This document shows, piece by piece, positions 26,678-36,134 of a stretch of 64,000 nt of DNA. The notes under the pieces are model-generated. The model saw only the letters and a list, made by a program, of their open reading frames with translations, made no database searches and was not told the DNA's origin. The position numbers were made by a program, and so were the translations under genes. Source of the stretch: Chitinophagales bacterium. Lineage in GTDB: Bacteria > Bacteroidota > Bacteroidia > Chitinophagales > CAIOSU01. The stretch lies in assembly GCA_026003335.1 (NCBI GenBank), contig BPHB01000002.1:857363-921362 (forward strand). The letters are read 5' to 3'. Position 1 is the stretch's first letter; each line of letters begins with the position of its first letter.

Positions 26678-28060
26678 TCACTTGGATGTTTTTATGTGCA
26701 CCAGGCTTCCAGCCAGCATTGCAGCTATGGAAAGCAGAAAAGCAGGTATCAGGGCGGGCATGCCGGGATTGATAAAAAATTCAAACACCACCCAGCTCAG
26801 CAGCCCCATAATCATGGACAACATGGCTCCGGCAGGTTTTGCTTTTGACCAGTAAACCGCTGCCACCAATGGTACCAATAAAGACACCAGCCCAAGAATA
26901 TACGACTCGCCCACCAGTTGGTAGATGTTTCTTCTTCCAACAGCCATTCCCGCACTGATAGCTGCTATGAGGACAACCGAAAACCTTAAAAACAGAAGAA
27001 AGTGACGCTCATCCAGCCGTTTTCTGGCCAGCGGACGGATAACATTTTCAGTCAGGATAGTAGCCGGGGCCAGTAATGCTCCGCTGGCTGTGCTCAATAT
27101 AGCCGAAAGCAGAGCTCCGAAAAATAAAATCTGCACAGGCAGCGAGGTATGCTTCATCACCATAAGAGGCAATATTTGCTGGTTGTCGTCCGTAAGGATT
27201 TCTGGATAGAGCTTTCGTGCAGCGAGGGCAATAAACAAAGGTATCATGGACACACCCAGATAAAGCAAAGCGCCCAGGTACGCTGAGCGCACAGCATTCG
27301 TTACAGATGAGGCTGCATTAGCCCGCTGGAAGATATCCTGAGAAGCAAGCGACCCAAGGCCCAATGTAACCCACGCTGCCAGATATTCTGAAAGGCCGGC
27401 CGGGGTCATCTCCGGAATGATGTTAAAAAAACCTTCCGGGGCCGAACGGATGACCGGCATTACTCCTCCGGCTTGTGCAGTGATGGCTGCCGCAGCAGCA
27501 ATCAGCCCTGTAACAATCAGAATACTTTGAAAAAAATCCGTCACCGAAATGGCCCACATGCCCCCCACTACAGTGTAAAGCGTAACAACTCCCGCGCTGA
27601 GCAGAATGCCATAGTACAGCGGGATTTCTACAATAAGATTGAGTAAAATTCCCATGGCTACCAGCTGTGCTGCGATGTATCCGAAAAAAGTGGTAATCAT
27701 GCACAAAGCAGCAGTCAGTTCCACTGTTTTGCCGTAGCGGTTACGATAAAGGTCACCTAAGGTGAGCAGATTCATCCGGTAGAGGGGACGAGCCAGAAAA
27801 ACAGCATACAGCATGAGGCATAAAGCTCCTCCGAAAGGATCTTCAATTATTCCCATGAATCCATGCTGTATAAACTCCGATGTTGCACCGAACACGGTTT
27901 CGGAACCAAACCACAAGGCAAATAGCGCGGCTGCATTTACAAGTAAAGGCAGTTTGCGTCCGGCCAGAATAAAATCACCCGAGCCGCGGATAAACCGTGC
28001 TGCGGCAATGCCGATAAGCACCGTAACTGCCAGATAAAGAATGACAAACGTGATAAGCAT
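26678..28060 (-). CDS. Sodium:solute symporter family transporter
   Basis: 460 aa and polytopic. The N-terminus GSGDFILAGRKLPLLVNAAALFALWFGSETVFG is typical of SSF proteins. Confidence 0.8.
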   Translation of the reverse strand: MLITFVILYLAVTVLIGIAAARFIRGSGDFILAGRKLPLLVNAAALFALWFGSETVFGATSEFIQHGFMGIIEDPFGGALCLMLYAVFLARPLYRMNLLTLGDLYRNRYGKTVELTAALCMITTFFGYIAAQLVAMGILLNLIVEIPLYYGILLSAGVVTLYTVVGGMWAISVTDFFQSILIVTGLIAAAAAITAQAGGVMPVIRSAPEGFFNIIPEMTPAGLSEYLAAWVTLGLGSLASQDIFQRANAASSVTNAVRSAYLGALLYLGVSMIPLFIALAARKLYPEILTDDNQQILPLMVMKHTSLPVQILFFGALLSAILSTASGALLAPATILTENVIRPLARKRLDERHFLLFLRFSVVLIAAISAGMAVGRRNIYQLVGESYILGLVSLLVPLVAAVYWSKAKPAGAMLSMIMGLLSWVVFEFFINPGMPALIPAFLLSIAAMLAGSLVHIKTSK

Positions 28061-28181
28061 CGCCTACCTTTTGTATTTTGACACCTCCGTGCATTGCTTT
28101 GTTCTTCCGGCTATGTCTGCTGCATCCCATCAGCAACCGGGTGTGTCTGACTCACATGCTGTCTTCCGGCAAAAGATAGGG

Positions 28182-29354
28182 TTACTTTGCAGACAGACGA
28201 AGCGCTAAACTGTTGGCCAGCAACACAGCAACTGCAAAGCCGGCCCCGATTAACAGGGCATAAGAAATATCCTGCTGAAAGGAAAACCCATATTGCAGGA
28301 AGAAGGCATGTATTCTCCGCACGGCAATCATATGCATGGTTGCTGCAGCTCCCGTAACCACCAGCAGGATGGCAGCCAGTTGCACTGTGAGCACCCTACT
28401 GACGGAGCTCCAGGTATATCCCAGGTTGAGCAAAATATTTATTTCCTCACGAGCCCTGGACAGCACAAGCTGAAAGTTTATCAGAAATATTACGGCTGAC
28501 AACACAACAAAGAGCAACCCTACTCCCCCGGCCACCGTGATGAGCATCTTTACAATAGCCCCGGCTTTGCGGCTTTTCATTTGTTCGGAATTGGCGAGAT
28601 ATTTCTTTTCCTTCAGAAATTTTTTCAATGCTTCATCTCCCGGGTCAGTAACTTCAAGAATGAGCCGGGAAGGCCTTCCGGAGCCATCTGCAAATTCGTT
28701 ATTAGCCCACTCCATAAATTCCCACGGCACAACAACTGAAGGAATTCTTTCACTAAATGCTACTACCCGAGCAGAAAACTGCTCTTTTTTCCCCTTTCCG
28801 GAAATGATAACCGTAAAGGGAAACATCTGCACCGCTGCAGGAGGCAACTGTGGCAGCCCTTGAGTCATGGCAAAACCGAAATTGTACAGGTTGAGAAATT
28901 CGGTGGGCAGAATAGCAGGGATAAACTTTTTCTCAGGATCCCATTTGAACTCTTCCGGCTTGTTATCAATGAATCTGTCCGGTACGGCTTCGAAAAAAAG
29001 GTCCGTGCTGAATCCAAGCTGTGCGGTAAGGTCAGCAGATATGACAAATTGATTTGTATGAAATTCGCCCACCGACACCACAAAAGGCTGCTGCCGGATG
29101 GTATCTATTTCTTCCGCCTTAAATGCGGAAGCCTTCTTATCAAATGTATTCAGCAGTGTGACTTCTTTATTGATAATCAGAAAAGACGGTTCATTTTCCT
29201 GCGCTTGCTGGGTTTTCAGCACCTGATTGATGTCGCGATACAGCTGGCCGGAGAGCATCATGATGAACAGGCCAATGCAAAAACCTGCCCCCGCTATTAC
29301 AGCCTGCCAGCGACTTTGCCTGCCAAGCAAAACTTTCCAGAGCAGCGCATTCAT
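28182..29354 (-). CDS. ABC transporter permease (FtsX-like)
   Basis: 390 aa with an N-terminal TM helix, a large periplasmic loop, then three C-terminal TM helices. It directly abuts the ATPase gene. Confidence 0.7.
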   Translation of the reverse strand: MNALLWKVLLGRQSRWQAVIAGAGFCIGLFIMMLSGQLYRDINQVLKTQQAQENEPSFLIINKEVTLLNTFDKKASAFKAEEIDTIRQQPFVVSVGEFHTNQFVISADLTAQLGFSTDLFFEAVPDRFIDNKPEEFKWDPEKKFIPAILPTEFLNLYNFGFAMTQGLPQLPPAAVQMFPFTVIISGKGKKEQFSARVVAFSERIPSVVVPWEFMEWANNEFADGSGRPSRLILEVTDPGDEALKKFLKEKKYLANSEQMKSRKAGAIVKMLITVAGGVGLLFVVLSAVIFLINFQLVLSRAREEINILLNLGYTWSSVSRVLTVQLAAILLVVTGAAATMHMIAVRRIHAFFLQYGFSFQQDISYALLIGAGFAVAVLLANSLALRLSAK

Positions 29355-29996
29355 TTATACAAGATACGTTTCATCATATTGAAAAAAATCATCTTCTCCC
29401 AAGGTGGTAATGAGAATCCCCGCCTGCTGTTTGCCACATTCTTCCTGAATGAGCTGACTGGCGGCCCGGGCATGAGCCTCATCCAGGTGGCTGAACGGCT
29501 CATCCAGCAGCAGCCAGTCAAACGGCTGCACCAGAGCGCGTAGAATGGCTATGCGCTGCCGTTCGCCAAACGACATAGTGCCACACTTTTTATCCAGCAA
29601 ATGTGCGGCATGTATGCGCTCGGCAAATGCATCTATGGTTTGATTATCGTAATAGCCGGTCAGGATACTTTTCAGATGGATATTTTCACGACCAGTGAGC
29701 TGGCTGAAAAGAAGCATTTCCTGAAATACAATGGCCAGATGACGCTGCCGCAGCATTGCCCAGCCGTTGCCCTTCAGCATGTGGAGTTGACGGCCATTTA
29801 GGAACACTTTTCCGGAGTAATCGGTGCGTCTGCCATATAAAATGTGTATCAGGGTGGTTTTCCCCTTACCTGAAGCCGCCTGCAGGCGAATACACCGGCC
29901 GGGGGCAAACTCCACCACTTTGTTCCAAATCTGCGAAGCCGAAAGGTCCTGGTCAGCTAAGGGCTCCGGTAAAATCTGCTCTAAACGGAAGGTCAA
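29355..29996 (-). CDS. ABC transporter ATP-binding protein
   Basis: Walker A ASGKGKTTL, signature-like MSFGERQRIAILRAL, Walker B LLLDEPFSHLD. Confidence 0.85.
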   Translation of the reverse strand: MTFRLEQILPEPLADQDLSASQIWNKVVEFAPGRCIRLQAASGKGKTTLIHILYGRRTDYSGKVFLNGRQLHMLKGNGWAMLRQRHLAIVFQEMLLFSQLTGRENIHLKSILTGYYDNQTIDAFAERIHAAHLLDKKCGTMSFGERQRIAILRALVQPFDWLLLDEPFSHLDEAHARAASQLIQEECGKQQAGILITTLGEDDFFQYDETYLV

Positions 29997-30075
29997 CGTA
30001 CAGGATAAATTTTAAAGATTCCAAAAATATGCGTTTGTCTTTAGCCAAAGGAGCATGATACCAGGCATTTTTTAT

Positions 30076-31503
30076 TCACTTTCCTCTGCCCTGCAATATG
30101 ACCAGCACCGTATAAATCATGATTTTGAAATCAATGGACAAGGACATGTTTTCTATGTAGAGCAAATCCCATTTTAATCTTTCCACCATCTGATTCAAGT
30201 TTTCCGCATAACCATATTTCACCATGCCCCACGAGGTAATGCCTGGCTTTACTTTCTGCAAATGCTTGTAGGCGGGTGCAATTTTCACGAGCTGATCTAT
30301 GTAATATTTCCTTTCCGGACGTGGACCTACCAGCGACATGTCGCCCTTCAAAATGTTGTAAAATTGAGGAAGCTCATCAATACGCCATTTGCGCATAACC
30401 CGTCCCCATGACGTAATGCGGGGGTCGTTTTTACTGGATAACTGGGGACCATTTTCCTCTGCATTCACATACATGGAGCGGAACTTGTATATCGTAAAAG
30501 GCTTGCCATGCTGGCCTATGCGCTCCTGGCGAAAAAGTATCGGGCCCGGAGAAGAGTACTTTACCCGCAACGCAATAAAAGCCATTAAAGGGGATAGAGC
30601 CACCAAGGCAATCACCGAAAACAAGATATCAATAAGCCGTTTAACCAGCTTTTGCCAGAAAGGCATGATATCCGGGTAGATCTCTATGAGTGGGGCTCCT
30701 ATTACGTTTTCCATTTTTACTGACCCGGATAAAATATCATACATATCCGGAATGATTTTGATGATTACATTTTTATCGGCCAGGCTGTTAATAATACTGT
30801 TTAACCTGTGATGCTCCGATGATTCAATGGCTATAATGACTTCTTCAATGTTATCCTGTGCGGCAATTTTTTCCAGGTCGCTCAGCTTACCCAATTCGGG
30901 CATATACGCCTTTAGTTGATTGGTGCTTTCTCCGTTGGTATCAATAAAACCCACCAGCCGGTAACCCAACGCCTTCCGCGGGTCACTGATTTCGTGATAA
31001 AGTTGAACAGCATTTTCATTTCCCCCGATAACGACGGTATTGTACCCTATTATTCCTCTGCGTACCAGAGATTTTATGCGATTGAGGATAAGCAGGCGCC
31101 CCAAAAACGTCAAGGTAAAATGCAGGGAAAACAAAACCAGCAGGGTACGGTAATAGTTTTTGTAGTCATTGTCAATCTGGTCGTCCAAAATGAAAACAAA
31201 AAACAAAATCAACACTCCGAAAAAGCTTATCAGAAAGGTGCGGAAGAGCTCCGTAAGGCGTGATTTGCGGAAATACTCCCGGTAGGTGCCGGTAATAAAA
31301 TAGACCATAATCCAGAACAGTGGAATGAAGAAAATACCGAAGTAAAAATTCCTGTCAAAAACAATTTCCGGATTGTGGACAAGGGAGTAGCCCCCGATAT
31401 AGGTCTTTCGAAAAATAAACATCAGCCCCCAGGCCAGCATGGCAGCAAGGTAGTCGCTTAGCACATAAAAAAATCCGGCTGTTTTACGATTCATCAGTAT
31501 CAC
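30076..31503 (-). CDS. Polyprenyl-phosphate glycosyl-phosphotransferase (WbaP/WcaJ-type sugar transferase)
   Basis: 475 aa with N-terminal TM helices and a CoA-binding-like middle. The catalytic C-terminus reads KRLIDILFS...SPGPILFRQERIGQHGKPFTIYKFRSM...IDELPQFYNILKGDMSLVGPRP. Confidence 0.9.
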   Translation of the reverse strand: MILMNRKTAGFFYVLSDYLAAMLAWGLMFIFRKTYIGGYSLVHNPEIVFDRNFYFGIFFIPLFWIMVYFITGTYREYFRKSRLTELFRTFLISFFGVLILFFVFILDDQIDNDYKNYYRTLLVLFSLHFTLTFLGRLLILNRIKSLVRRGIIGYNTVVIGGNENAVQLYHEISDPRKALGYRLVGFIDTNGESTNQLKAYMPELGKLSDLEKIAAQDNIEEVIIAIESSEHHRLNSIINSLADKNVIIKIIPDMYDILSGSVKMENVIGAPLIEIYPDIMPFWQKLVKRLIDILFSVIALVALSPLMAFIALRVKYSSPGPILFRQERIGQHGKPFTIYKFRSMYVNAEENGPQLSSKNDPRITSWGRVMRKWRIDELPQFYNILKGDMSLVGPRPERKYYIDQLVKIAPAYKHLQKVKPGITSWGMVKYGYAENLNQMVERLKWDLLYIENMSLSIDFKIMIYTVLVILQGRGK

Positions 31504-32324
31504 GGCACCTTGGCATAGATGAGTTTGAGATTGTCAAGAAGAATTTTTACTGCTGTAGGATCGCTTTCAGCCGGTACCTTGAAATAAATGCGATAGCTAT
31601 CGGCATTCAGCTGATTCACTTCAGGGGTAAAGTTGATGTATAGTTTATTCCACTGGCTACGGGCAGGTATCTTTAGCTTGGAAACCTGATAGGTTTCTGA
31701 TCCATAGCGCACTTCCAGGCCGGCTTCAAACAGATGAGTATTGCGATAGTCCATTTCAAGGAAAACAGCTGTAGATTGATAAGGTATAGGCACATCTGCA
31801 TTGCTTTTGGCAACTACATCCTGCACGGGAGCCGATAGGAGACCGGAATACTGTCCTTCAAATACGTCTGCCGACTCGTTGGTGCGTGTGACATTGGAAA
31901 AACCGGCTGTGCTTTCAAAATCTTCAATGAATGCAAAAATGGCATCTGCAGTGTAGCTTACTAAGGGATATAGCGTGTCCACCCGCGCGGGTTCCATCAA
32001 TATTTCAAAAGTGTCTGCAGTGTAAAACGGATATTCGGCCCGTGTGGAAGCAATGCCATTGAGTTGTATGCCGGCATATACGAGAATGTGCGTTTGCCCG
32101 GTGCGCAGAATGGGAAATAAAGCCGGCAATTCATACACACCCTGCAGCCTGCCCTCGGCATAAATCCACACATCGGTTATCTTTTGCGACAGGGAGCCCT
32201 GGCCGCTCGTAGCGGTAATGCTTGCCGAAGGGATAAACAGGTAAGCCGGCACGGGTTCTTCCCGACAGCCTGCTAAGGCACATGCAAACACAAACAGGCA
32301 ACTATATCTTCTCAGAGCGACCAT
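31500..32324 (-). CDS. Hypothetical lipoprotein
   Basis: 274 aa with lipobox FACALAGC. I recognise no motifs. It overlaps both neighbours by 1-4 nt, so it is likely co-transcribed with the sugar transferase. Confidence 0.6.
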   Translation of the reverse strand: MVALRRYSCLFVFACALAGCREEPVPAYLFIPSASITATSGQGSLSQKITDVWIYAEGRLQGVYELPALFPILRTGQTHILVYAGIQLNGIASTRAEYPFYTADTFEILMEPARVDTLYPLVSYTADAIFAFIEDFESTAGFSNVTRTNESADVFEGQYSGLLSAPVQDVVAKSNADVPIPYQSTAVFLEMDYRNTHLFEAGLEVRYGSETYQVSKLKIPARSQWNKLYINFTPEVNQLNADSYRIYFKVPAESDPTAVKILLDNLKLIYAKVP

Positions 32325-33328
32325 TAATGCGCAGGGTTGGCAGGATATTGTACTGCTGCCTGATTTTTTTCAATTGTTTCAAGCACCCGATAAGCTACCT
32401 CCAACGCTCTGTAGCCATCCAGCAGGGACACGGGAGGGGGTTGGTCGGTGAGGATGCTTCGGGCAAAAAGCTCCAGTTCAGTCTGTATCGCATTCATCTC
32501 CGGCATGGTGATTTTTTCGTAACTGATTTTCTTCGCTTCCCCGTCACGTGTTTCAATAACAATAGCGTTTTCTGCATCGTTGTGGGCATTCAGTCTGAAT
32601 ACCTCGGTGCTTTTATCCAGCAGGTCCATGCTGATGTATGTGTCCTTCTGGAACAGCCGTATCCTTCGCATTTTCTTCATGGAAATCCGGCTGCAGGTGA
32701 TATTGGCCACACATCCGTTGGTAAATTCAATGCGTGCATTGGCAACGTCAGGGGTGGAGCTGATAACAGCCACACCACTGGCGCTGATGTCCCTGATATC
32801 GCTATGCACCATGCTGAGGATAAGGTCAATATCATGCACCATAAGGTCAAGCACCACAGGCACATCGGTGCCACGCGGGTGGAATGCAGCAAGGCGGTGG
32901 GTTTCAATGAACATAGGCTGTAGCTGCATTCCCTGTATAGCTAAAAAAGCCGGATTAAAACGCTCTACATGCCCTACCATTGCCTTAATGCCTGCCTGCT
33001 CAGCCATTTGCATAAGCTGTCTGGCCTCCTGCAGGTGCTCGGCCAGAGGCTTTTCAATAAACACATGTTTGCCTTTTTGGATTGCTGCGGCAGCACTTTC
33101 GTAATGTGATGAGGTGGGTGTCACCACGTCCACTACATCTACGGCATCCAACAGGGCCTCCCTGTCATAAAAGCGGGGAATGCCGGTCTCCTGTTCAGCT
33201 AAAAGGGCATTTGCATCATGGGGATCATAAAAACCCATTGGTGTATAACAGGATAACTTGCTGATAAGGCGCAGATGAATTTTACCCAAATACCCGGCTC
33301 CTAAAACACCAATTCTTAGTGCATCCAT
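32324..33328 (-). CDS. Gfo/Idh/MocA family NAD(P)-dependent oxidoreductase (probable nucleotide-sugar dehydrogenase)
   Basis: N-terminal LRIGVLGAGYLGKIH Rossmann motif and the EKPLA motif (HVFIEKPLAEHL). Confidence 0.8.
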   Translation of the reverse strand: MDALRIGVLGAGYLGKIHLRLISKLSCYTPMGFYDPHDANALLAEQETGIPRFYDREALLDAVDVVDVVTPTSSHYESAAAAIQKGKHVFIEKPLAEHLQEARQLMQMAEQAGIKAMVGHVERFNPAFLAIQGMQLQPMFIETHRLAAFHPRGTDVPVVLDLMVHDIDLILSMVHSDIRDISASGVAVISSTPDVANARIEFTNGCVANITCSRISMKKMRRIRLFQKDTYISMDLLDKSTEVFRLNAHNDAENAIVIETRDGEAKKISYEKITMPEMNAIQTELELFARSILTDQPPPVSLLDGYRALEVAYRVLETIEKNQAAVQYPANPAH

Positions 33329-33412
33329 AGCTTGTGCGAAATTACAAACCTCAATCGGTCCATTTTATGGCATCTGCTGTGCAACAGACAACAGGAAAAA
33401 TAACGGGCATAA

Positions 33413-33652
33413 TCAGGGCACGGGGTCATACCCATGCCCTCCCCAAGGGTGACAAGATAAAATTCTTTTCAGCGCCAGCCATCCGCCTTTGATAAGGCCG
33501 TATTTACGAATTGCCTGCAAGCTATACTCTGAACAGGTGGGGGTATACCGGCAAGTGGGCAGAAACCACGGAGAAATGACTTTCTGATAAAAACGGATCA
33601 TCAGAACAGCCAGGCACGCGGGAAGCCCGATAAGTTTTTTCATGCAAGCCAA
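33413..33652 (-). CDS. yidD: Membrane protein insertion efficiency factor YidD
   Basis: 79 aa with [31 protein letters not shown] and [13 protein letters not shown]. Confidence 0.92.
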   Translation of the reverse strand: MACMKKLIGLPACLAVLMIRFYQKVISPWFLPTCRYTPTCSEYSLQAIRKYGLIKGGWLALKRILSCHPWGGHGYDPVP

Positions 33653-33661
33653 TGTTAACCT

Positions 33662-34072
33662 TTATTGGCGAGGTAACGAGTCCAATATACGTTGCAGCAA
33701 GATGCCCGTTTGTTTAAAAACCTCCTCAAAAGCAGGCACATCCCTGCCGGTATAAATCAGCAATAAAATAACCCTTACGTTTTTTTCATCAAGACTTTTG
33801 TAGAATACAGCTTTCCTGAGGCGATAGGCTTCCCGCATCAGCCGTTTGGTTCGATTGCGTTCAACAGCTTTTTTAATATTTTTTTTTGACACGCCAAAGG
33901 CTACCTGCGCAAGGGCGGGCAAATCTTCATGTAGGGGCAGCCATACTACTCTGAGGGTTCTTGTCTGCAGAGAATGCCCTTCAGCAAAGAGGCGCGCAAG
34001 TAGCTTTCTGCTTTTCAACCTTTCGTGCCGGCTGAAAGTGTTTCTGACGGAAAAATGAGCGCCTTGTAGCAT
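33662..34072 (-). CDS. rnpA: Ribonuclease P protein component
   Basis: A basic 136-aa protein with VSKKNIKKAVERNRTKRLMREAYR. It lies between rpmH and yidD, the canonical order. Confidence 0.85.
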   Translation of the reverse strand: MLQGAHFSVRNTFSRHERLKSRKLLARLFAEGHSLQTRTLRVVWLPLHEDLPALAQVAFGVSKKNIKKAVERNRTKRLMREAYRLRKAVFYKSLDEKNVRVILLLIYTGRDVPAFEEVFKQTGILLQRILDSLPRQ

Positions 34073-34106
34073 GCACTGCGGAACAACGAACCCCGGTCTG
34101 GTAGCT

Positions 34107-34262
34107 TTATTTCAGGCGTTTTTCATCCGATACGGTGAGCTTTTTTCTTTTTTTTGCTCTGCGTCTGGAGAGGGTCGCCCGTCCGGACTTTGTTTGCATC
34201 TTTTTGCGGAATCCGTGCTTGTTTTTTCTTTTCCTTCTGGAGGGCTGATAAGTTCTTTTCAT
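34107..34262 (-). CDS. rpmH: 50S ribosomal protein L34
   Basis: Too short for the ORF track. My translation is [51 protein letters not shown], with a TAA stop at 34107-34109. Confidence 0.93.
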   Translation of the reverse strand: MKRTYQPSRRKRKNKHGFRKKMQTKSGRATLSRRRAKKRKKLTVSDEKRLK

Positions 34263-34320
34263 TGCTGGGCTGTGATTTAGGAAGTTGCAAAGTTAACTAT
34301 ACGCATTTTTATGGCTCGGC

Positions 34321-35832
34321 TTATCCTTTCATGGAGATGAGAAACTCTTCGTTAGATTTGGTACCCTTCATATTATCCAGCATAAATTTCATGGCTTCTT
34401 CGGCTGTCATGTCTGCAAGATGATTCCGTAATATCCACATGCGCTGAAGGGTCTCGCGGTCAAGCAGGAGGTCTTCCCGTCTGGTGCTGGAAGCCACTAC
34501 GTCAATTGCCGGATAAATGCGCTTGTTGGCCAGTTTGCGGTCAAGTTGCAACTCCATGTTGCCGGTGCCTTTAAATTCTTCAAAAATTACTTCATCCATC
34601 TTTGAACCGGTCTCTATCAAGGCGGTGGCAAGGATGGTAAGGGAGCCTCCGTTTTCAATTTTACGTGCTGCTCCGAAAAATTGCTTGGGTTTATGCAGTG
34701 CATTGGCTTCAACACCTCCGGAGAGCACCTTTCCGGATGCCGGAGCTACAGTGTTGTGAGCTCGGGCAAGCCTGGTAATGGAGTCAAGCAGGATTACCAC
34801 ATCATGCCCACATTCTACCAGCCTCTTGGCTTTTTGTAAAACAATGGAAGATACTTTTACATGCTTTTCGGCCGGCTCATCAAAGGTAGAGGCTACTACT
34901 TCGGCTTTCACGCTCCGCTCCATGTCGGTGACTTCTTCGGGGCGCTCATCTACCAGCAGAATGATCAGATAGACTTCGGGATGATTTTTTGCAATGGCAT
35001 TGGCTACATTTTTCAGCAATACCGTTTTTCCGGTTTTGGGCTGTGCTACAATCAGGCCTCTTTGCCCTTTGCCAATGGGGGTAAAGAGGTCAATCAGGCG
35101 GGTGGAATAGTTTTCCGGATCTGTGAAAAGGTTAAACTTTTCGAAGGGAAACATCGGGGTCAGATAATCAAACGGCACACGGTCACGCACTTCATCCGGA
35201 GGGCGGTTGTTGATGGTTTCCACCTTCAGCAGGGCAAAATATTTCTCACCCTCCTTTGGTGGCCGTATGGCTCCTCTGACGGTATCTCCGGTTTTCAAAC
35301 CGAATAGTTTGATCTGAGAGGGGGAGACATAAATATCATCCGGTGAGCTCAGGTAGTTGTAATCTGAGGAGCGCAGAAAGCCATATCCGTCAGGCATCAT
35401 TTCCAGCACACCCTCACCGATGATTACTCCGTCAAACTCTACGTTGAATACACTTTCCCGTTTGCGGCTGTCTTTTTTCTCCTCGGCTGTATCCTCTTTC
35501 GGCAATGCCTCTTCCTCTTCGGTGATTACTGGCACTTCTTCCCTTTCTGCAAAAGCCTCGTCATCGGTGCGGAGTGCTTCTGTATTTGTGTCCTTCAGTT
35601 CAGAAGCACCATTGGTGTCTGCCTGCCGGGAAGCCGATTTTTTACTTCTGGACCGTTTGGCCCTGGACTGTGTTTCGGAGGACGTAGCCTGTGGAGCCAA
35701 TGCCTGGTGATCCAGGATTTTGTAGATCAGCTCCTGCTTGTCCATGTTTTTGTAGTTTTCAATTTTGAGCTGCTCGGCTATCTCTTTCAGTTCCGGAACG
35801 AGCATCTCATTCAATTGCAGAATGTCATACAT
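34321..35832 (-). CDS. rho: Transcription termination factor Rho (with ~85-aa low-complexity insertion after the N-terminal helix bundle)
   Basis: [15 protein letters not shown] (RNA-binding domain), Walker [17 protein letters not shown], and a conserved C-terminus [13 protein letters not shown]. Confidence 0.95.
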   Translation of the reverse strand: MYDILQLNEMLVPELKEIAEQLKIENYKNMDKQELIYKILDHQALAPQATSSETQSRAKRSRSKKSASRQADTNGASELKDTNTEALRTDDEAFAEREEVPVITEEEEALPKEDTAEEKKDSRKRESVFNVEFDGVIIGEGVLEMMPDGYGFLRSSDYNYLSSPDDIYVSPSQIKLFGLKTGDTVRGAIRPPKEGEKYFALLKVETINNRPPDEVRDRVPFDYLTPMFPFEKFNLFTDPENYSTRLIDLFTPIGKGQRGLIVAQPKTGKTVLLKNVANAIAKNHPEVYLIILLVDERPEEVTDMERSVKAEVVASTFDEPAEKHVKVSSIVLQKAKRLVECGHDVVILLDSITRLARAHNTVAPASGKVLSGGVEANALHKPKQFFGAARKIENGGSLTILATALIETGSKMDEVIFEEFKGTGNMELQLDRKLANKRIYPAIDVVASSTRREDLLLDRETLQRMWILRNHLADMTAEEAMKFMLDNMKGTKSNEEFLISMKG

Positions 35833-36134
35833 GGTAAATCAGATTTGATTGTGTATTACTAAGGAATAACTCTACTAAACTTTGCTTTAATGCAAAAAGC
35901 CGTTTATGTTAAAATGAAGTAAGGAATTAACGCTAAGTATTGTTTTCCTTGCTCAGGAAATCACGAAGGATTCGGGCACAATGTTAATCATTCTTTTTCT
36001 AAATTCAAATTTTTATACGGGTGCTGTTTTTGCAAGGATACATTATTCTGTCAGCATCTCTTTTCACTGCTGATATCCGTAAGTTTGCAGGCTATGCTGA
36101 AGTTGTTTGTCATCTTTTATTTTAAAGCACCTTT

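Noticed and set aside
28860-29543. 227-aa plus-strand ORF spanning the ABC permease/ATPase junction
   Set aside because: It is antisense to two well-supported, abutting CDS. Its composition is typical of shadow frames.
29355-29996. Degenerate ABC signature motif (MSFGERQR instead of LSGGxxQR)
   Set aside because: This is a single Gly-to-Phe difference with intact Walker A and B motifs. That is insufficient to claim a non-canonical ATPase.
32282-33104. Plus-strand ORFs of 213 and 174 aa opposite the Gfo/Idh/MocA oxidoreductase
   Set aside because: They are antisense shadows. The minus-strand gene has a clear Rossmann and EKP motif set.
35833-36134. Possible SAM or cobalamin riboswitch in the 300-nt leader region between rho and metH
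   Set aside because: I could not recognise a B12-box-like or SAM-I core sequence or the expected helices by eye. Only TAAGTTTG (36080-36087), resembling a Bacteroidota -7 box, stands out. An Infernal scan would be decisive.
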